From a virus, in UHGV virus genome UHGV-1376660: a DNA stretch of 64,000 nt. One strand, given 5' to 3'. Below, in pieces: positions 1-8,969 of the stretch. A program made the translations under genes and the position numbers. The notes under the pieces are model-generated. The model searched no databases, was not told the DNA's origin, and saw only the letters and a program-made list of their open reading frames with translations. Every line of letters begins with the position of its first letter. Positions within the stretch are counted from its first letter, which is position 1.

Positions 1-139
1 GGCAAGGAATATACCTGTAAGGGTCACGATCGATGATGGTCAGACGTTTTGTCTTTACGTTATTGGTCTGCTTACCGCACGCAATAAGCTAGATCTTTCT
101 CCCGTTATAGGAAGTAAAGAACATCGTGTTCGTCTTCCA

Positions 140-436
140 TTGGAGCGAGTTAGCACCATAGAAACAATTACACCTGTCGAAGTGGACAAGATGTTTACAG
201 GTAGGCTCACTGTACACCCTGACTATGTGGACAATCGGCCATCACGCCGCGATTTCTTCAAAATTTGTCGTCAAGCTCATGAGGCGCAAAAGTCTATAAG
301 GGTCTACATGGCGGATGGCCGTGAAATTGAGGGGTGTTCGTTAGGCGTTGATGCCTGTCAGGTCGCAATGAGAGTTGGCGAGCGCGGACGAGCGATAGTT
401 CTCTTCGATTGGGTCGAACGGATTTTACCGTTTTAA
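140..436 (+). CDS. small protein; possible Rof/YaeO-like (Rho-interacting) fold; likely ATG start at 188 (83 aa)
   Basis: ORF track frame opens with TTG at 140 and first ATG is at 188. The CRQ..DG..G..GE.R pattern loosely matches the 84 aa E. coli Rof protein, from memory. Confidence 0.4.
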   Translation: MERVSTIETITPVEVDKMFTGRLTVHPDYVDNRPSRRDFFKICRQAHEAQKSIRVYMADGREIEGCSLGVDACQVAMRVGERGRAIVLFDWVERILPF

Positions 437-751
437 ATCTATAAGGGTGATAACCGGCTAAGTCCGGTTATTATTTTATGTGTCACTTCCCGTTATATTT
501 ATTTTCCCTAATCCCGATTCCACTTTAAATATATAAGGGTGATTGACCGAATAGAGAATTTATTTAGGCAACACCTTCGAGAAAACGCGTTTTATTTCTA
601 AGACTTTGATTTTTATTGAAGAAAAATTTTTTTCGTTCCCGCGTAAAAAACTCTTGATTTTAATTTCTGCATATCGATAATTACTCACATCGAAAGCGAA
701 CACGCTAACGATACAAGAATTTTATTTTTACTCTTATTAAGGATTAATATC

Positions 752-1402
752 ATGTCTAACGTTGCTATCTCTAAAAAATCCATCATCGACGCTGCTGTAG
801 TTATCGCTAATGAATTACAAGTTGCAGCCAATAATGCTACTCAGACTTATAACAATCATTATCAGAATGGTACGCACACAAAAGCAGATAAAGCTAACAT
901 GCTTGCAGCGACTACCAAACTTGCATACTTCACCAACAACGTTTTAAACGCTGTTAATGATGAGAAATTAGCTGGTGTCTTTTACTACGCGATTAAAGCA
1001 AGCAAACAAGCGCCAGAAGTGTTTTTCCGCGAAGCTATGACCAATAGCTATTCACTCGAAAAATTGGTTTATCTGGTTAAATCTATCAAGTCTGGTAAAT
1101 GCGTTTATTCCGTCGCTGATATGTCCGGATCTCGCGTATTCGCATTAATCGAAATGATTAATGATGAAATGGAGACATTCACAAATGGCGCTGTATTCGA
1201 TTTAATGAATGAAGCTAAAAAAGCATGTGAGATTAAATTAGACGCTGGCTACACTCAAGCCAATCAGCTTATCAATTTGTGTGAACGTCTCGGACTGGTC
1301 GAGAAAATCAAAGGAATGGGCGCTGCTAAAAACGGATCGCAACAATATCGCTTTATCAAGAATGATTTTTATAACTATCTGGCTGATGCTTTCAAAGCGT
1401 AA
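752..1402 (+). CDS. hypothetical protein (216 aa), AT-rich accessory gene
   Basis: Long ORF with an AAGGA RBS, lower GC than the rest of the window, and a rho-independent terminator right after the stop. Confidence 0.55.
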   Translation: MSNVAISKKSIIDAAVVIANELQVAANNATQTYNNHYQNGTHTKADKANMLAATTKLAYFTNNVLNAVNDEKLAGVFYYAIKASKQAPEVFFREAMTNSYSLEKLVYLVKSIKSGKCVYSVADMSGSRVFALIEMINDEMETFTNGAVFDLMNEAKKACEIKLDAGYTQANQLINLCERLGLVEKIKGMGAAKNGSQQYRFIKNDFYNYLADAFKA

Positions 1403-1415
1403 TTAGATGGATATA

Positions 1416-1440
1416 GCGCCCACTATGGGCGCTAGTTTTA
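1416..1440 (+). terminator. rho-independent terminator (GCGCCCACTATGGGCGC + T-run)
   Basis: Perfect 7 bp stem with a 3 nt loop followed by TAGTTTT. An identical hairpin recurs at 1662-1687. Confidence 0.6.
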
Positions 1441-1452
1441 AGGATAAAAATC

Positions 1453-1656
1453 ATGATTAGTTATGACCAGATCCGCGCGGAATATCGCGCAAAATATCGC
1501 GCTTATAAACTTGAATTAATCGACGACTTAAAAGCGCAACGTGACAAATTAAATTTTACGTTTTCTGATTTGCTTAACAGTAAAAGAGACTGTAAGCGCA
1601 AGCGTGAATATTTGCGCTTGTCTGAAATGATCGGAAAACTGCAAAACAGCATTTAA
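1453..1656 (+). CDS. hypothetical protein (67 aa)
   Basis: AAGGA RBS 7 nt upstream of the ATG; followed by a terminator at 1662-1687. Confidence 0.5.
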   Translation: MISYDQIRAEYRAKYRAYKLELIDDLKAQRDKLNFTFSDLLNSKRDCKRKREYLRLSEMIGKLQNSI

Positions 1657-1661
1657 ACAAA

Positions 1662-1687
1662 AGCGCCCACTATGGGCGCTTTTTTCG
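1662..1687 (+). terminator. rho-independent terminator (AGCGCCCACTATGGGCGCT + T6)
   Basis: Same hairpin as at 1416, followed by TTTTTT. Confidence 0.7.
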
Positions 1688-2094
1688 TTTCAAGATCCGC
1701 ACACCATAACGCGCCATTGTTGGCGCGTTTTTTATTGTCTGAAGTCAGCCAAAACAGACCAAAAACAAGCGCCATAAACGCGCCAATTTAACGCGTTTTT
1801 ATGTGTGGTGGTACATACCCATTACCCACAATAAAAACATGTTATAGCGCGTTTTACAGCGTTTTAGCGCGTGGCTTATTTTGTCGTGTCGTGGGCGTGA
1901 TCGTCTGGCGATATCTGGCGACGTGATCCGCGCCATCCTTCGGGACGTGTCGGCAATATTGGAGCTATCCGTGGGCGCTCGCGTATCATTAGCACGTTGG
2001 CGCGACGTGTACGCGCTTCCTGTGGTTTACCCACGGATTCACATAATCACATAGCGAAAGCTATCTGGATTGCTCAGGGGCTGAAACCCCACCA

Positions 2095-2290
2095 GCGCTA
2101 CCCCAGCGCCCCTGCGATATTTTCTGGCAGGATTCTGGGCTTCTCCCGCTCAGTTTTCTACATAAAGGCAAACCCAGCCGTTTCCCGAAAATTCCCTGGC
2201 CGTTTCCCTTCGGTTCCCCGGACAGCTCTCTGGCCGTTTCTGAAATTCCCTGCGGCAGCTGGTGGACGAAAAGAAAGGGGCGTTTCCAGC
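2095..2290. repeat. TTTCCC-repeat cluster A (CGTTTCCC / TTTCCCTGCGGC units)
   Basis: At least 5 spaced (T)TTCCC(T) units. A related cluster lies at 5690-5890. Confidence 0.5.
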
Positions 2291-2300
2291 CCCTCTCCTC

Positions 2301-2783
2301 TTACTTGCCAGCCAGAATGTGAATGCGGTTCTTTCCGTACACCTCTTTCACGTATTCACCGCACGAGACACTCCACGAGTCGATTCCTGCTTCGTAGGTG
2401 ACGTTTTTGCACTTGATGGCATTGTTGGCGATACGCATCCCCTCCCCCACTGCTTCCTGTTCGCTGAAGTCGAGCCCGGATTCTTGTTTAACCCATAGCG
2501 CGATCTGCGTGGCGAACTCGATGAGTTTTGACTGGCAGAAGCGACCGCTGCGTACCGGGAAGATGAATACGCCAAATCCGGAGGTGGAGACATACGCTTT
2601 CTCAAATACGCGCTTATGGCGACGGTTGCAGATAATGTCATTGGTGATCTGCTGTTTCTCTTTCCCGGACAGCTCGATGGTTACATTGTCACGCCAGGCG
2701 CCCAGCACGCTTTTCTCGTTATCAGAGAACGTCACAGAAATATGGCCATGCGCAGGGGTGTTAACAGTAGCGATAAAGTTCAT
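2301..2783 (-). CDS. hypothetical early protein (160 aa)
   Basis: ATG at 2783 with an AAAGGA RBS; class 1 motif at 2798-2831 immediately upstream. Confidence 0.6.
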   Translation of the reverse strand: MNFIATVNTPAHGHISVTFSDNEKSVLGAWRDNVTIELSGKEKQQITNDIICNRRHKRVFEKAYVSTSGFGVFIFPVRSGRFCQSKLIEFATQIALWVKQESGLDFSEQEAVGEGMRIANNAIKCKNVTYEAGIDSWSVSCGEYVKEVYGKNRIHILAGK

Positions 2784-2797
2784 GGTGATAATCCTTT

Positions 2798-2831
2798 AAA
2801 CAACTTGTTTTCTTGTTGGTTTAATTATCGC
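2798..2831 (-). promoter_or_regulatory. class 1 conserved upstream element (AAACAANTTGTTTTCTTGTTGGTGTNATTATCGC)
   Basis: One of at least 15 near-identical copies, all oriented for minus-strand genes, 10-25 nt upstream of an RBS. Confidence 0.6.
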
Positions 2832-2960
2832 TACGCGCATAAGGCGTCCAAGCGTTCTGTTCCGGTAGCTGGTGGCCGGCAGGGAGTCGGAGGGTTATTA
2901 GGTAGCCTGGCGGTAAGAGGTGGGTGTTTTTAGCCTGCGGGAAACAGGATGGCCATTTAA

Positions 2961-2980
2961 GGCCACCAGCATGGGTGGCC
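2961..2980. terminator. hairpin GGCCACCAGCATGGGTGGCC
   Basis: Member of the GGCCAC..GTGGCC hairpin family seen throughout the window. Confidence 0.4.
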
Positions 2981-2988
2981 TCGTTCTC

Positions 2989-3270
2989 TTAGTGGAGCAG
3001 ACCGACGTCGATGGTATCACCTGAGCCATCCACGCGGATCATCAGCATGGCGAAGGCATTTAATGGGTAGCCTGCGTGCCAATCCGGGAAGCGGTCATCG
3101 CGCATGAAGTCGGCAATGTCATAAACGCTGTCCTCAAAGCGGAAGAAGCGGGCATCACATTGTTCGTCCTGTTCAATGTGATCCATTTCCAGCTGCTCTT
3201 CCGGCGACAGGTCGAGCCAGGATTCCAGCCATACGTTTTCAGCTTTAGGGGAGATAGTGAAATCGGTCAT
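2989..3270 (-). CDS. hypothetical early protein (about 94 aa)
   Basis: ATG at 3270 with a GGAGG RBS. The track ORF extends to 3387 but would run through the class 1 motif at 3290-3323. Confidence 0.5.
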   Translation of the reverse strand: MTDFTISPKAENVWLESWLDLSPEEQLEMDHIEQDEQCDARFFRFEDSVYDIADFMRDDRFPDWHAGYPLNAFAMLMIRVDGSGDTIDVGLLH

Positions 3271-3395
3271 GTGCATATCCTCCATGCGTAAACATCTTGT
3301 TTTCTTGTTGGTGTAATTATCGCAAGCGGATAAGGCAAAAAACATTTTGTTATCGGGAATAAGAAAATGGCGCGGGATACGCGCCATTGCAGTGA

Positions 3396-3788
3396 TTAAG
3401 CGAATACGCTTTCCGGGATGTGGTTTTCCAGGGGAATGTTAGATGCGATACGCAGACCGTATTGCCCAAGCCAGGTAGAATTCATGTTGAGACCTGAGTC
3501 GAACACCTCCTCGGCCTGTACCATCATTTTTTCAAACATTTCTTTATTCCCTTCGCGGAAATAGGCAGCCAGTTTTAGCAAGACCGGATCTGACGCATTA
3601 CTGACGCTCTGGTAGCCTACCGAGTAAACTGCAGTGTCCCCTTCGCCGGTGCGAATTAAGGTGCTGGTGTGCACATCACCTCCGATAGTCTCGCGCAGAA
3701 CGACGGTTAATTTCGCGACTTTCTCGCCGGAGGCTTTCTCGGAAGCATAATGCAAATCCATCACAAGACTCTCACGTGAAACTGTCAT
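3396..3788 (-). CDS. hypothetical protein (131 aa)
   Basis: ATG at 3788 preceded by GGGAGAT. Confidence 0.5.
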   Translation of the reverse strand: MTVSRESLVMDLHYASEKASGEKVAKLTVVLRETIGGDVHTSTLIRTGEGDTAVYSVGYQSVSNASDPVLLKLAAYFREGNKEMFEKMMVQAEEVFDSGLNMNSTWLGQYGLRIASNIPLENHIPESVFA

Positions 3789-3915
3789 TTTTATCTCCCT
3801 ATAGTTGGTGGTTTTTATATTATTAAAATAGGTAGGCACTTACAATCCAAGCAAGCAAAAAGCCCCGAAGGATGGACGGGGCTGTCGTAGGGACGACTAA
3901 TCGCTTTTGCACATG

Positions 3916-4227
3916 TCAGGCTGTCGCCAGGAAAGAGGCACGCTGGATTTCTTGCTGGGCGACTTTGTTCGCCTCCAGTAACGCCTGTTCCAGCTCTCCT
4001 TCCGGCCAGATAATCTGTTTTGCCATCCACCCTTTCCCACTCTGGCGACGCACACTCATCACGTAACGCGCGCGGGAGCCATTGTCGAACGAGGCAATTG
4101 TCTCTTTAAACAGGCGAATGGCAGTACCGTTGGCGATGATATCGAGCAAAGTCAGTTGGCTCAGAACTGCTGGCTTCTCTTTACGTGGCTGTCCCGCGCT
4201 CAGTTTGGTAATCATCGCGTTTTTCAT
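3916..4227 (-). CDS. hypothetical protein (103 aa)
   Basis: ATG at 4227 with a GGAG RBS; class 1 motif at 4240-4273. Confidence 0.5.
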   Translation of the reverse strand: MKNAMITKLSAGQPRKEKPAVLSQLTLLDIIANGTAIRLFKETIASFDNGSRARYVMSVRRQSGKGWMAKQIIWPEGELEQALLEANKVAQQEIQRASFLATA

Positions 4228-4303
4228 AACTATCTCCGTAAACAACTTGTTTTCTTGTTGGTGTAAATAATACAGAGCTGAAAACGGGATAGAACCAATC
4301 TAT

Positions 4304-4618
4304 TCAGGGTGTACTCCATGAATAGGTGACTTCACTATCATTGGCGATACATGGAAATGGCACTTCAAAAACCCAGCCTTCTTCATCCAACTTTTTGTAC
4401 ATAAGGAGATCTTGCTTCATCAGGTATTCATTAAAGTGATAGTTGTCTCCGTCAGTCCCTTTCTTGTGCCAGACAATTTCGTCTCCCTTCAACTGAACAA
4501 GCGCAACGATATCTTCCTCAACCTCCGGCGCTGGCTGGCGGTCTTCCATATCGCGAATGACGAAACAGATTAAGAAACAGTCCCCGGTGTCAGGGTTGCT
4601 GGTGGTGTAGTAGTGCAT
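4304..4618 (-). CDS. hypothetical protein (104 aa)
   Basis: ATG at 4618 with a TGGAGAA RBS. Confidence 0.5.
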   Translation of the reverse strand: MHYYTTSNPDTGDCFLICFVIRDMEDRQPAPEVEEDIVALVQLKGDEIVWHKKGTDGDNYHFNEYLMKQDLLMYKKLDEEGWVFEVPFPCIANDSEVTYSWSTP

Positions 4619-4713
4619 TTGATTCTCCAGTTTTTAGTTTGGCCTCCAGTCTATTCGTCGTCGCATTTGGACAGGTCAAGTTTTTTTTGGCCACCGTGCT
4701 GGTGGCCCCACTC

Positions 4714-4932
4714 TTAATCTTCGTCGTCCGGGAACTCGATGTGTACCGCGTCCACCAGCTCCCGCTGTTCATCTTCACTGAGCAGATGCCAGATATCCTT
4801 CCCTTTGGGTGATTCCCCTTCAGCCGGGACGAAAGACCACAACTTGCGGTACAACTGCGGCCCCACAGCATCCAGACACTCAGCCAGGGAATCCACGCTC
4901 CACACCTCAACCATCACAGGCATCTTAATCAT
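4714..4932 (-). CDS. hypothetical acidic protein (73 aa)
   Basis: ATG at 4932 with a GAGGG RBS. Confidence 0.45.
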   Translation of the reverse strand: MIKMPVMVEVWSVDSLAECLDAVGPQLYRKLWSFVPAEGESPKGKDIWHLLSEDEQRELVDAVHIEFPDDED

Positions 4933-4942
4933 CTCTCCACCC

Positions 4943-5158
4943 TCACTTCGTTTCTGACGTTGTGCAGTTCCACGCGACGGACATTGGGTTGTCCTCGATA
5001 TGGAAATCAAACGTCCCTTCTCTGTATCCTTCAGAGATGAGCGTCGCCACGCGACCAGCTACATCCTGGGAACGGATAACGTCATCGAGGGAGATCTCAC
5101 ACTCGGGGGACTCTTCCTCGCCACAGAGGGTGATGCTGATATTCAGATGCTTGTACAT
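4943..5158 (-). CDS. hypothetical protein (about 71 aa)
   Basis: GGAGAA RBS before the ATG at 5158; class 1 motif at 5176-5209. Confidence 0.5.
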   Translation of the reverse strand: MYKHLNISITLCGEEESPECEISLDDVIRSQDVAGRVATLISEGYREGTFDFHIEDNPMSVAWNCTTSETK

Positions 5159-5300
5159 GTGTTTCTCCATTGTCTAAACATGTTGTTTTCTTGTTGGTGT
5201 TATTATCGCAATAAGAAAACGGGGAAAAAGAATTCCTTAAAGGCTGATGTGCTTGTGCCGATTTATTGCTATGTATGTATCTGGCTAACTCAGAGGGAAT

Positions 5301-5546
5301 GTGATGAGCACTAAAGACTACACAGACGGGTACTTCAGCATCGACGCCGAGAGAGGCGAGTTGCTACATGGCGGCATCGCTGTCGGACGCGTCATTTTGG
5401 TTAACGGTCAGATTTACACAGAGCTGGACGATACCAGTTCAAACGCACCTGTCGTCTCCGGCCCCTTCGGGACAAGAGAAGAGGCGCTCGATGATTTGTG
5501 GGACAACAGGGACGATGCGAATCAGGGCAGTGAGATTTTCGAATAA
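5301..5546 (+). CDS. hypothetical acidic protein (81 aa), plus strand
   Basis: GAGGG RBS 6 nt before the ATG. Confidence 0.45.
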   Translation: MMSTKDYTDGYFSIDAERGELLHGGIAVGRVILVNGQIYTELDDTSSNAPVVSGPFGTREEALDDLWDNRDDANQGSEIFE

Positions 5547-5689
5547 ACGTCCTCGGCGATTTCACCACCAAAACCCGTAACCCTTTATACTAGATCTGGC
5601 TTCCCGATATGAGCGTGCGAAGCTGATCTGGTCTCAACGCTCAACTGCGGGATTCACCAATTCCCGCACTCTTAAGGTGAATGAGGAAA

Positions 5690-5890
5690 AGGCATACTCC
5701 CGCAGCCGTCCCTCGCTCTGTACCGGGATGTACCCGTTTCCCGACCGGCAGCCAGCCTTTTCCCGGTTCGTATAGCGGGATTCCCACCATTTCCCTGAAA
5801 ACCTCCAGCCTTTTCCCTGCGGCGACGCTCCCGTTTCTGAAAAGGGACATGGCCTTTCCCCTGGATGGCCCGAAGGCTGACCGAAGGGGT
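5690..5890. repeat. TTTCCC-repeat cluster B (related to cluster A at 2095-2290)
   Basis: Units such as CCGTTTCCC and TTTTCCCTGCGGC; shares the TTTCCCTGCGGC and CCGTTTCTGAAA strings with cluster A. Confidence 0.5.
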
Positions 5891-5899
5891 GGATAGGGA

Positions 5900-6650
5900 C
5901 GTTACGGGGGATGAAAACGATGGCTTGAATTTCTACGGAGAAAGTAGCGATACCCCTCTTCCCATTCCCACTTATACCTCCAGTTAAATCTCTACGTATT
6001 TTCTCTCCTATGAACGTGCAAACCTTCCCCCTGATAACGCTCTATACGGCGAGTATTCCTTTGGGTGAAATGGGTGGTTTGTTCTCTCTACCGGCGTATG
6101 TGGTTTCGTTGTTCTTGAGGCGGTTTTTCTCTGTGTTTTCGTCTGGGTTGTTCTCGTCGTTTTGGTGAGTGTTCTTCTCCGTGTATGGAGTAATGGCAGG
6201 TGCGCTTTTCTCTTCGTTTACGTGAAATGATGGAAGTGTGGGTAATGGCAGTAGGGCGCTTTAGTTGTTCTCCGCATATGAAGTAATGGCGTTCCCTGCT
6301 ATTCAGGAATTTGCGCTCCCTTTCGGGGTAATGGTGGGTAAACGAGATTGCGACGGTTCCTGTTCTGGTCTGGGTTTGTCCGGGGTTTCGTTCTGGCTGT
6401 TCTTCTCCGTGTATTGGGTAATGGCGTGTAGGGGTTTGCGTGCGCGAGCTGCGTTCTCGGTTGCCTGGGGAGATTAGGTGGGTGGTCTGTAGCCTGGGGC
6501 AAAGAGGTGGGTCTTTTCGGTAGCCTGACAGGAAGAGGTGGGTGTTTCCGGGATTGTGGGTAATGGCGTCTCTGGTTTTCCTGTGGGTGTGGTTAACTTG
6601 TTTTCTTGTGCCTGAAAACAACTTGTTTAGATGTCCAATATAACGCAACG
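5900..6650. repeat. GT-rich (plus strand) degenerate direct-repeat region with no credible ORF
   Basis: GTAATGGC core at about 6190, 6242, 6283, 6328, 6419 and 6560. A 26 bp repeat TTCTTCTCCGTGTATGGAGTAATGGC lies at 6172 and 6401. TAGCCTG..AGAGGTGGGT repeats lie at 6490-6555. Class 1-like motifs at 6593-6630 and 6828-6853 point into the region on the minus strand. Confidence 0.5.
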
Positions 6651-6978
6651 GGAGCGCTTCTGAGCGTGTCTGTTTTTGGGTGGTATCACGAGTCGTTTTT
6701 GACGTTTTGGTCGCAGGGAGATGGATTCTGGTGCGCAGGATTTTGGGTATAAGAGATGGCGTGCGAAAACATCAACTTTTAGACCAAATCAGGGGAAAGC
6801 GTTGACTTTACGTTGATGTGTTATTTATTTGTTTTCTTATGGGTGTAATTGGCTTAAATACCTTGTCACGCCTGGGCTGGAGTGGGCTGGAGTGGTGGGG
6901 GAAGTGGCGATCAACGGACTCTTATAGAAATCCTCAATTTGTGACCGCCAACGTCAACGGATTGCGCCTAATCCCTAT

Positions 6979-8181
6979 CTACTGGAAGTCGATGGAATCG
7001 CTTTCTATCATGCGATTTATCTCGGCCATTCTTTTCTCACTTTCTAAGTGCTTTGTAACGTACAAATCAGGCTGTAGTGGGGGAAGAGGTACAGGTAACA
7101 CAAGGCTATGTTTCACATAAGTATCTCTCATAGACTGCTCTACCTGCCATCCGTCAATTTCTTGGTAGTTAATCGGCCAGTTGTCCTGAAGTGCTTTGGT
7201 TGTATTGGCAATTGAAAACTTGAAGTAAGGGTTCAAGCCCATGAAGTTGCCGGCAAGCATGTCATCTACCTGTCGCACATTGGCAATGGCCGCAAACTTT
7301 GCAATGGCCAGATCAATATCCCAGCCTGAAACGAACAACAATAAGGCGGAAAATGCGAGTAGTTTTTCCTCACCATCAGCTCTGTCTTTTACCGATTTGT
7401 TTTGGAATTCAATGTAGTTATTGATAATAAATGCGTTCAACTGGAGGGTCTTTGCGTATTCTTCTCTCAATAACTCAGGATCTAACAGTGTGGGATTTTG
7501 CGTTTTATGGACAAAACTTCGCAGTTCTACGATGTTTTTGCGGTGGATATTTAGCCTATCCAAGCACTCCAAAGTAGGCTGATGTAGTCTAACGGTCTCT
7601 CTCAAAATCGCCTTTGCCCAATCGAAGCCAGGCACGATAGCCTGCATAGGATGGAACGGCAAAATGGTATCTCTGTGCCACGCATATGGGTAAGCAGGCA
7701 ACTCAATAATATAGGCCAACCAATCGATCTGCTCATGGCTCAATGTGATTTCGAATGTCGATTCGCGACGTTTGGCAAAAAACCACTGCCGCATATTTCG
7801 CATAGCTTCTTGTGTGAAGACATTTTCCTGAATGCCCGCACATACCATTTTTCTGATCACATGCGTAATTCTCGTGCGATCAGTGGTGAATCGCACTAGG
7901 TGCTGCCTGACCTCGTTCGAAAGTCGATCATCATAAAAATCGCAGGATGGATGGTGTGCGCTAACACCACTTCCCCCAATAAACCGGAAATGAGCTTTTT
8001 TGCGATAGTTGCCGACTCCTGAAGCTCGTACATAGGAACCGCCACCAGCCTCGCAAATAGGACAAACGACGTCTTCACGCGCAAAAGCATGTACGGTGTT
8101 ATTATCCAACCCCAACAGGGCCATGTATTGCTCTGGGTCGACTTCTTTTTGTAAGGCTTTTGAGTATGCTGTATCAGTCAC
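6979..8181 (-). CDS. hypothetical protein (400 aa) in an AT-rich island; CPIC...HHPSC cysteine/histidine cluster near the N-terminus
   Basis: Long ORF with locally low GC and no recognisable family. Confidence 0.6.
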   Translation of the reverse strand: MTDTAYSKALQKEVDPEQYMALLGLDNNTVHAFAREDVVCPICEAGGGSYVRASGVGNYRKKAHFRFIGGSGVSAHHPSCDFYDDRLSNEVRQHLVRFTTDRTRITHVIRKMVCAGIQENVFTQEAMRNMRQWFFAKRRESTFEITLSHEQIDWLAYIIELPAYPYAWHRDTILPFHPMQAIVPGFDWAKAILRETVRLHQPTLECLDRLNIHRKNIVELRSFVHKTQNPTLLDPELLREEYAKTLQLNAFIINNYIEFQNKSVKDRADGEEKLLAFSALLLFVSGWDIDLAIAKFAAIANVRQVDDMLAGNFMGLNPYFKFSIANTTKALQDNWPINYQEIDGWQVEQSMRDTYVKHSLVLPVPLPPLQPDLYVTKHLESEKRMAEINRMIESDSIDFQ

Positions 8182-8220
8182 TTGCGGTTCCTTGTAAGCG
8201 ATGCTTCGTATGGTTAACTG

Positions 8221-8406
8221 TCAATTAATTATTCCCCAAGACACAGCGTACACTTTCTCACGAACCTCTGTATCACTCCACCCCCACACTTTCGCCAGCC
8301 TATTTACATCGTCTGGCAAACTATAGAAAACCGTTGCTATTAGCAGCTCGTCTGGGGTCTTACCTAAATCCACCAACACATCATTAACCACGTCTTCAAC
8401 CGTCAT
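8221..8406 (-). CDS. hypothetical protein (61 aa)
   Basis: ATG at 8406; part of a tightly packed run of genes. Confidence 0.4.
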   Translation of the reverse strand: MTVEDVVNDVLVDLGKTPDELLIATVFYSLPDDVNRLAKVWGWSDTEVREKVYAVSWGIIN

Positions 8407-8415
8407 AGCTTTTTC

Positions 8416-8736
8416 TTACCAGTCCCAGGCTGGCAGGCCTTCCACCAGCTCGGCGTCGCAATCGAATTGCACCGCGTCAAAGCCAGCATCCAGTACCTTT
8501 TGAATGTTCTCGATGGTTTGCCATGTGACACCGTAATCACGCAGCTCTTCTTTCCAGTCGTTACCCCGCATACCTGCGCGGACAATCCATCCGTACTTCG
8601 TGCCGTGTACCCAATTCAGGCCGCGATCGGTTAGCGGGTCGAAACAGATATTAGGCAGACAGTCAGAGTCATGCTGTGTAATGTGGGCAGTGCTGATCAC
8701 CGCTGTCTTATACGATTCGGTTAGTTTCAGCATCAT
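8416..8736 (-). CDS. hypothetical protein (106 aa)
   Basis: ATG at 8736 overlaps the stop of the upstream gene as ATGA. Confidence 0.5.
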   Translation of the reverse strand: MMLKLTESYKTAVISTAHITQHDSDCLPNICFDPLTDRGLNWVHGTKYGWIVRAGMRGNDWKEELRDYGVTWQTIENIQKVLDAGFDAVQFDCDAELVEGLPAWDW

Positions 8737-8969
8737 GCCTTCTCCTTCGGAAACAGAGTGTCGGCCGTGTCAGAGATGACGTCCCAATTCACGCCGACGT
8801 TGGCGTCATGGCACTCTTTGATTTTTCGCATAACCTGAACGCACTGTTCGTCAGTCAGGTCTGGTCGCACTTCACCTACATCTTCCTTGTGCCACATCAC
8901 CATCAGCAGCGGCTCGTCTTCTGGGTAGTTCTCCAGCTTTTCGATGATGTCTTTTGCGGTTCCGAGCAT
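8733..8969 (-). CDS. hypothetical protein (78 aa)
   Basis: ATG at 8969 with an AAGGGG RBS; class 1 motif at 8982-9015. Confidence 0.5.
   Translation of the reverse strand: MLGTAKDIIEKLENYPEDEPLLMVMWHKEDVGEVRPDLTDEQCVQVMRKIKECHDANVGVNWDVISDTADTLFPKEKA

Noticed and set aside
1997-2401. 134 aa plus-strand ORF over TTTCCC cluster A
   Set aside because: Pro/Ser/Arg-rich translation of the repeat DNA, overlapping the 3' end of a convincing minus-strand gene.
6088-6648. 186 aa minus-strand ORF across the GT-rich repeat region
   Set aside because: Low-complexity R/H/T/P/E composition mirrors the DNA repeats (GCCATTACC gives HYP). There is no in-frame ATG downstream of the promoter-like motif and no RBS. 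Treated as a non-coding repeat region.
5640-6650. CRISPR array
   Set aside because: The repeats are degenerate, irregularly spaced (40-140 bp) and not separated by unique spacers of uniform length. There are no cas genes.
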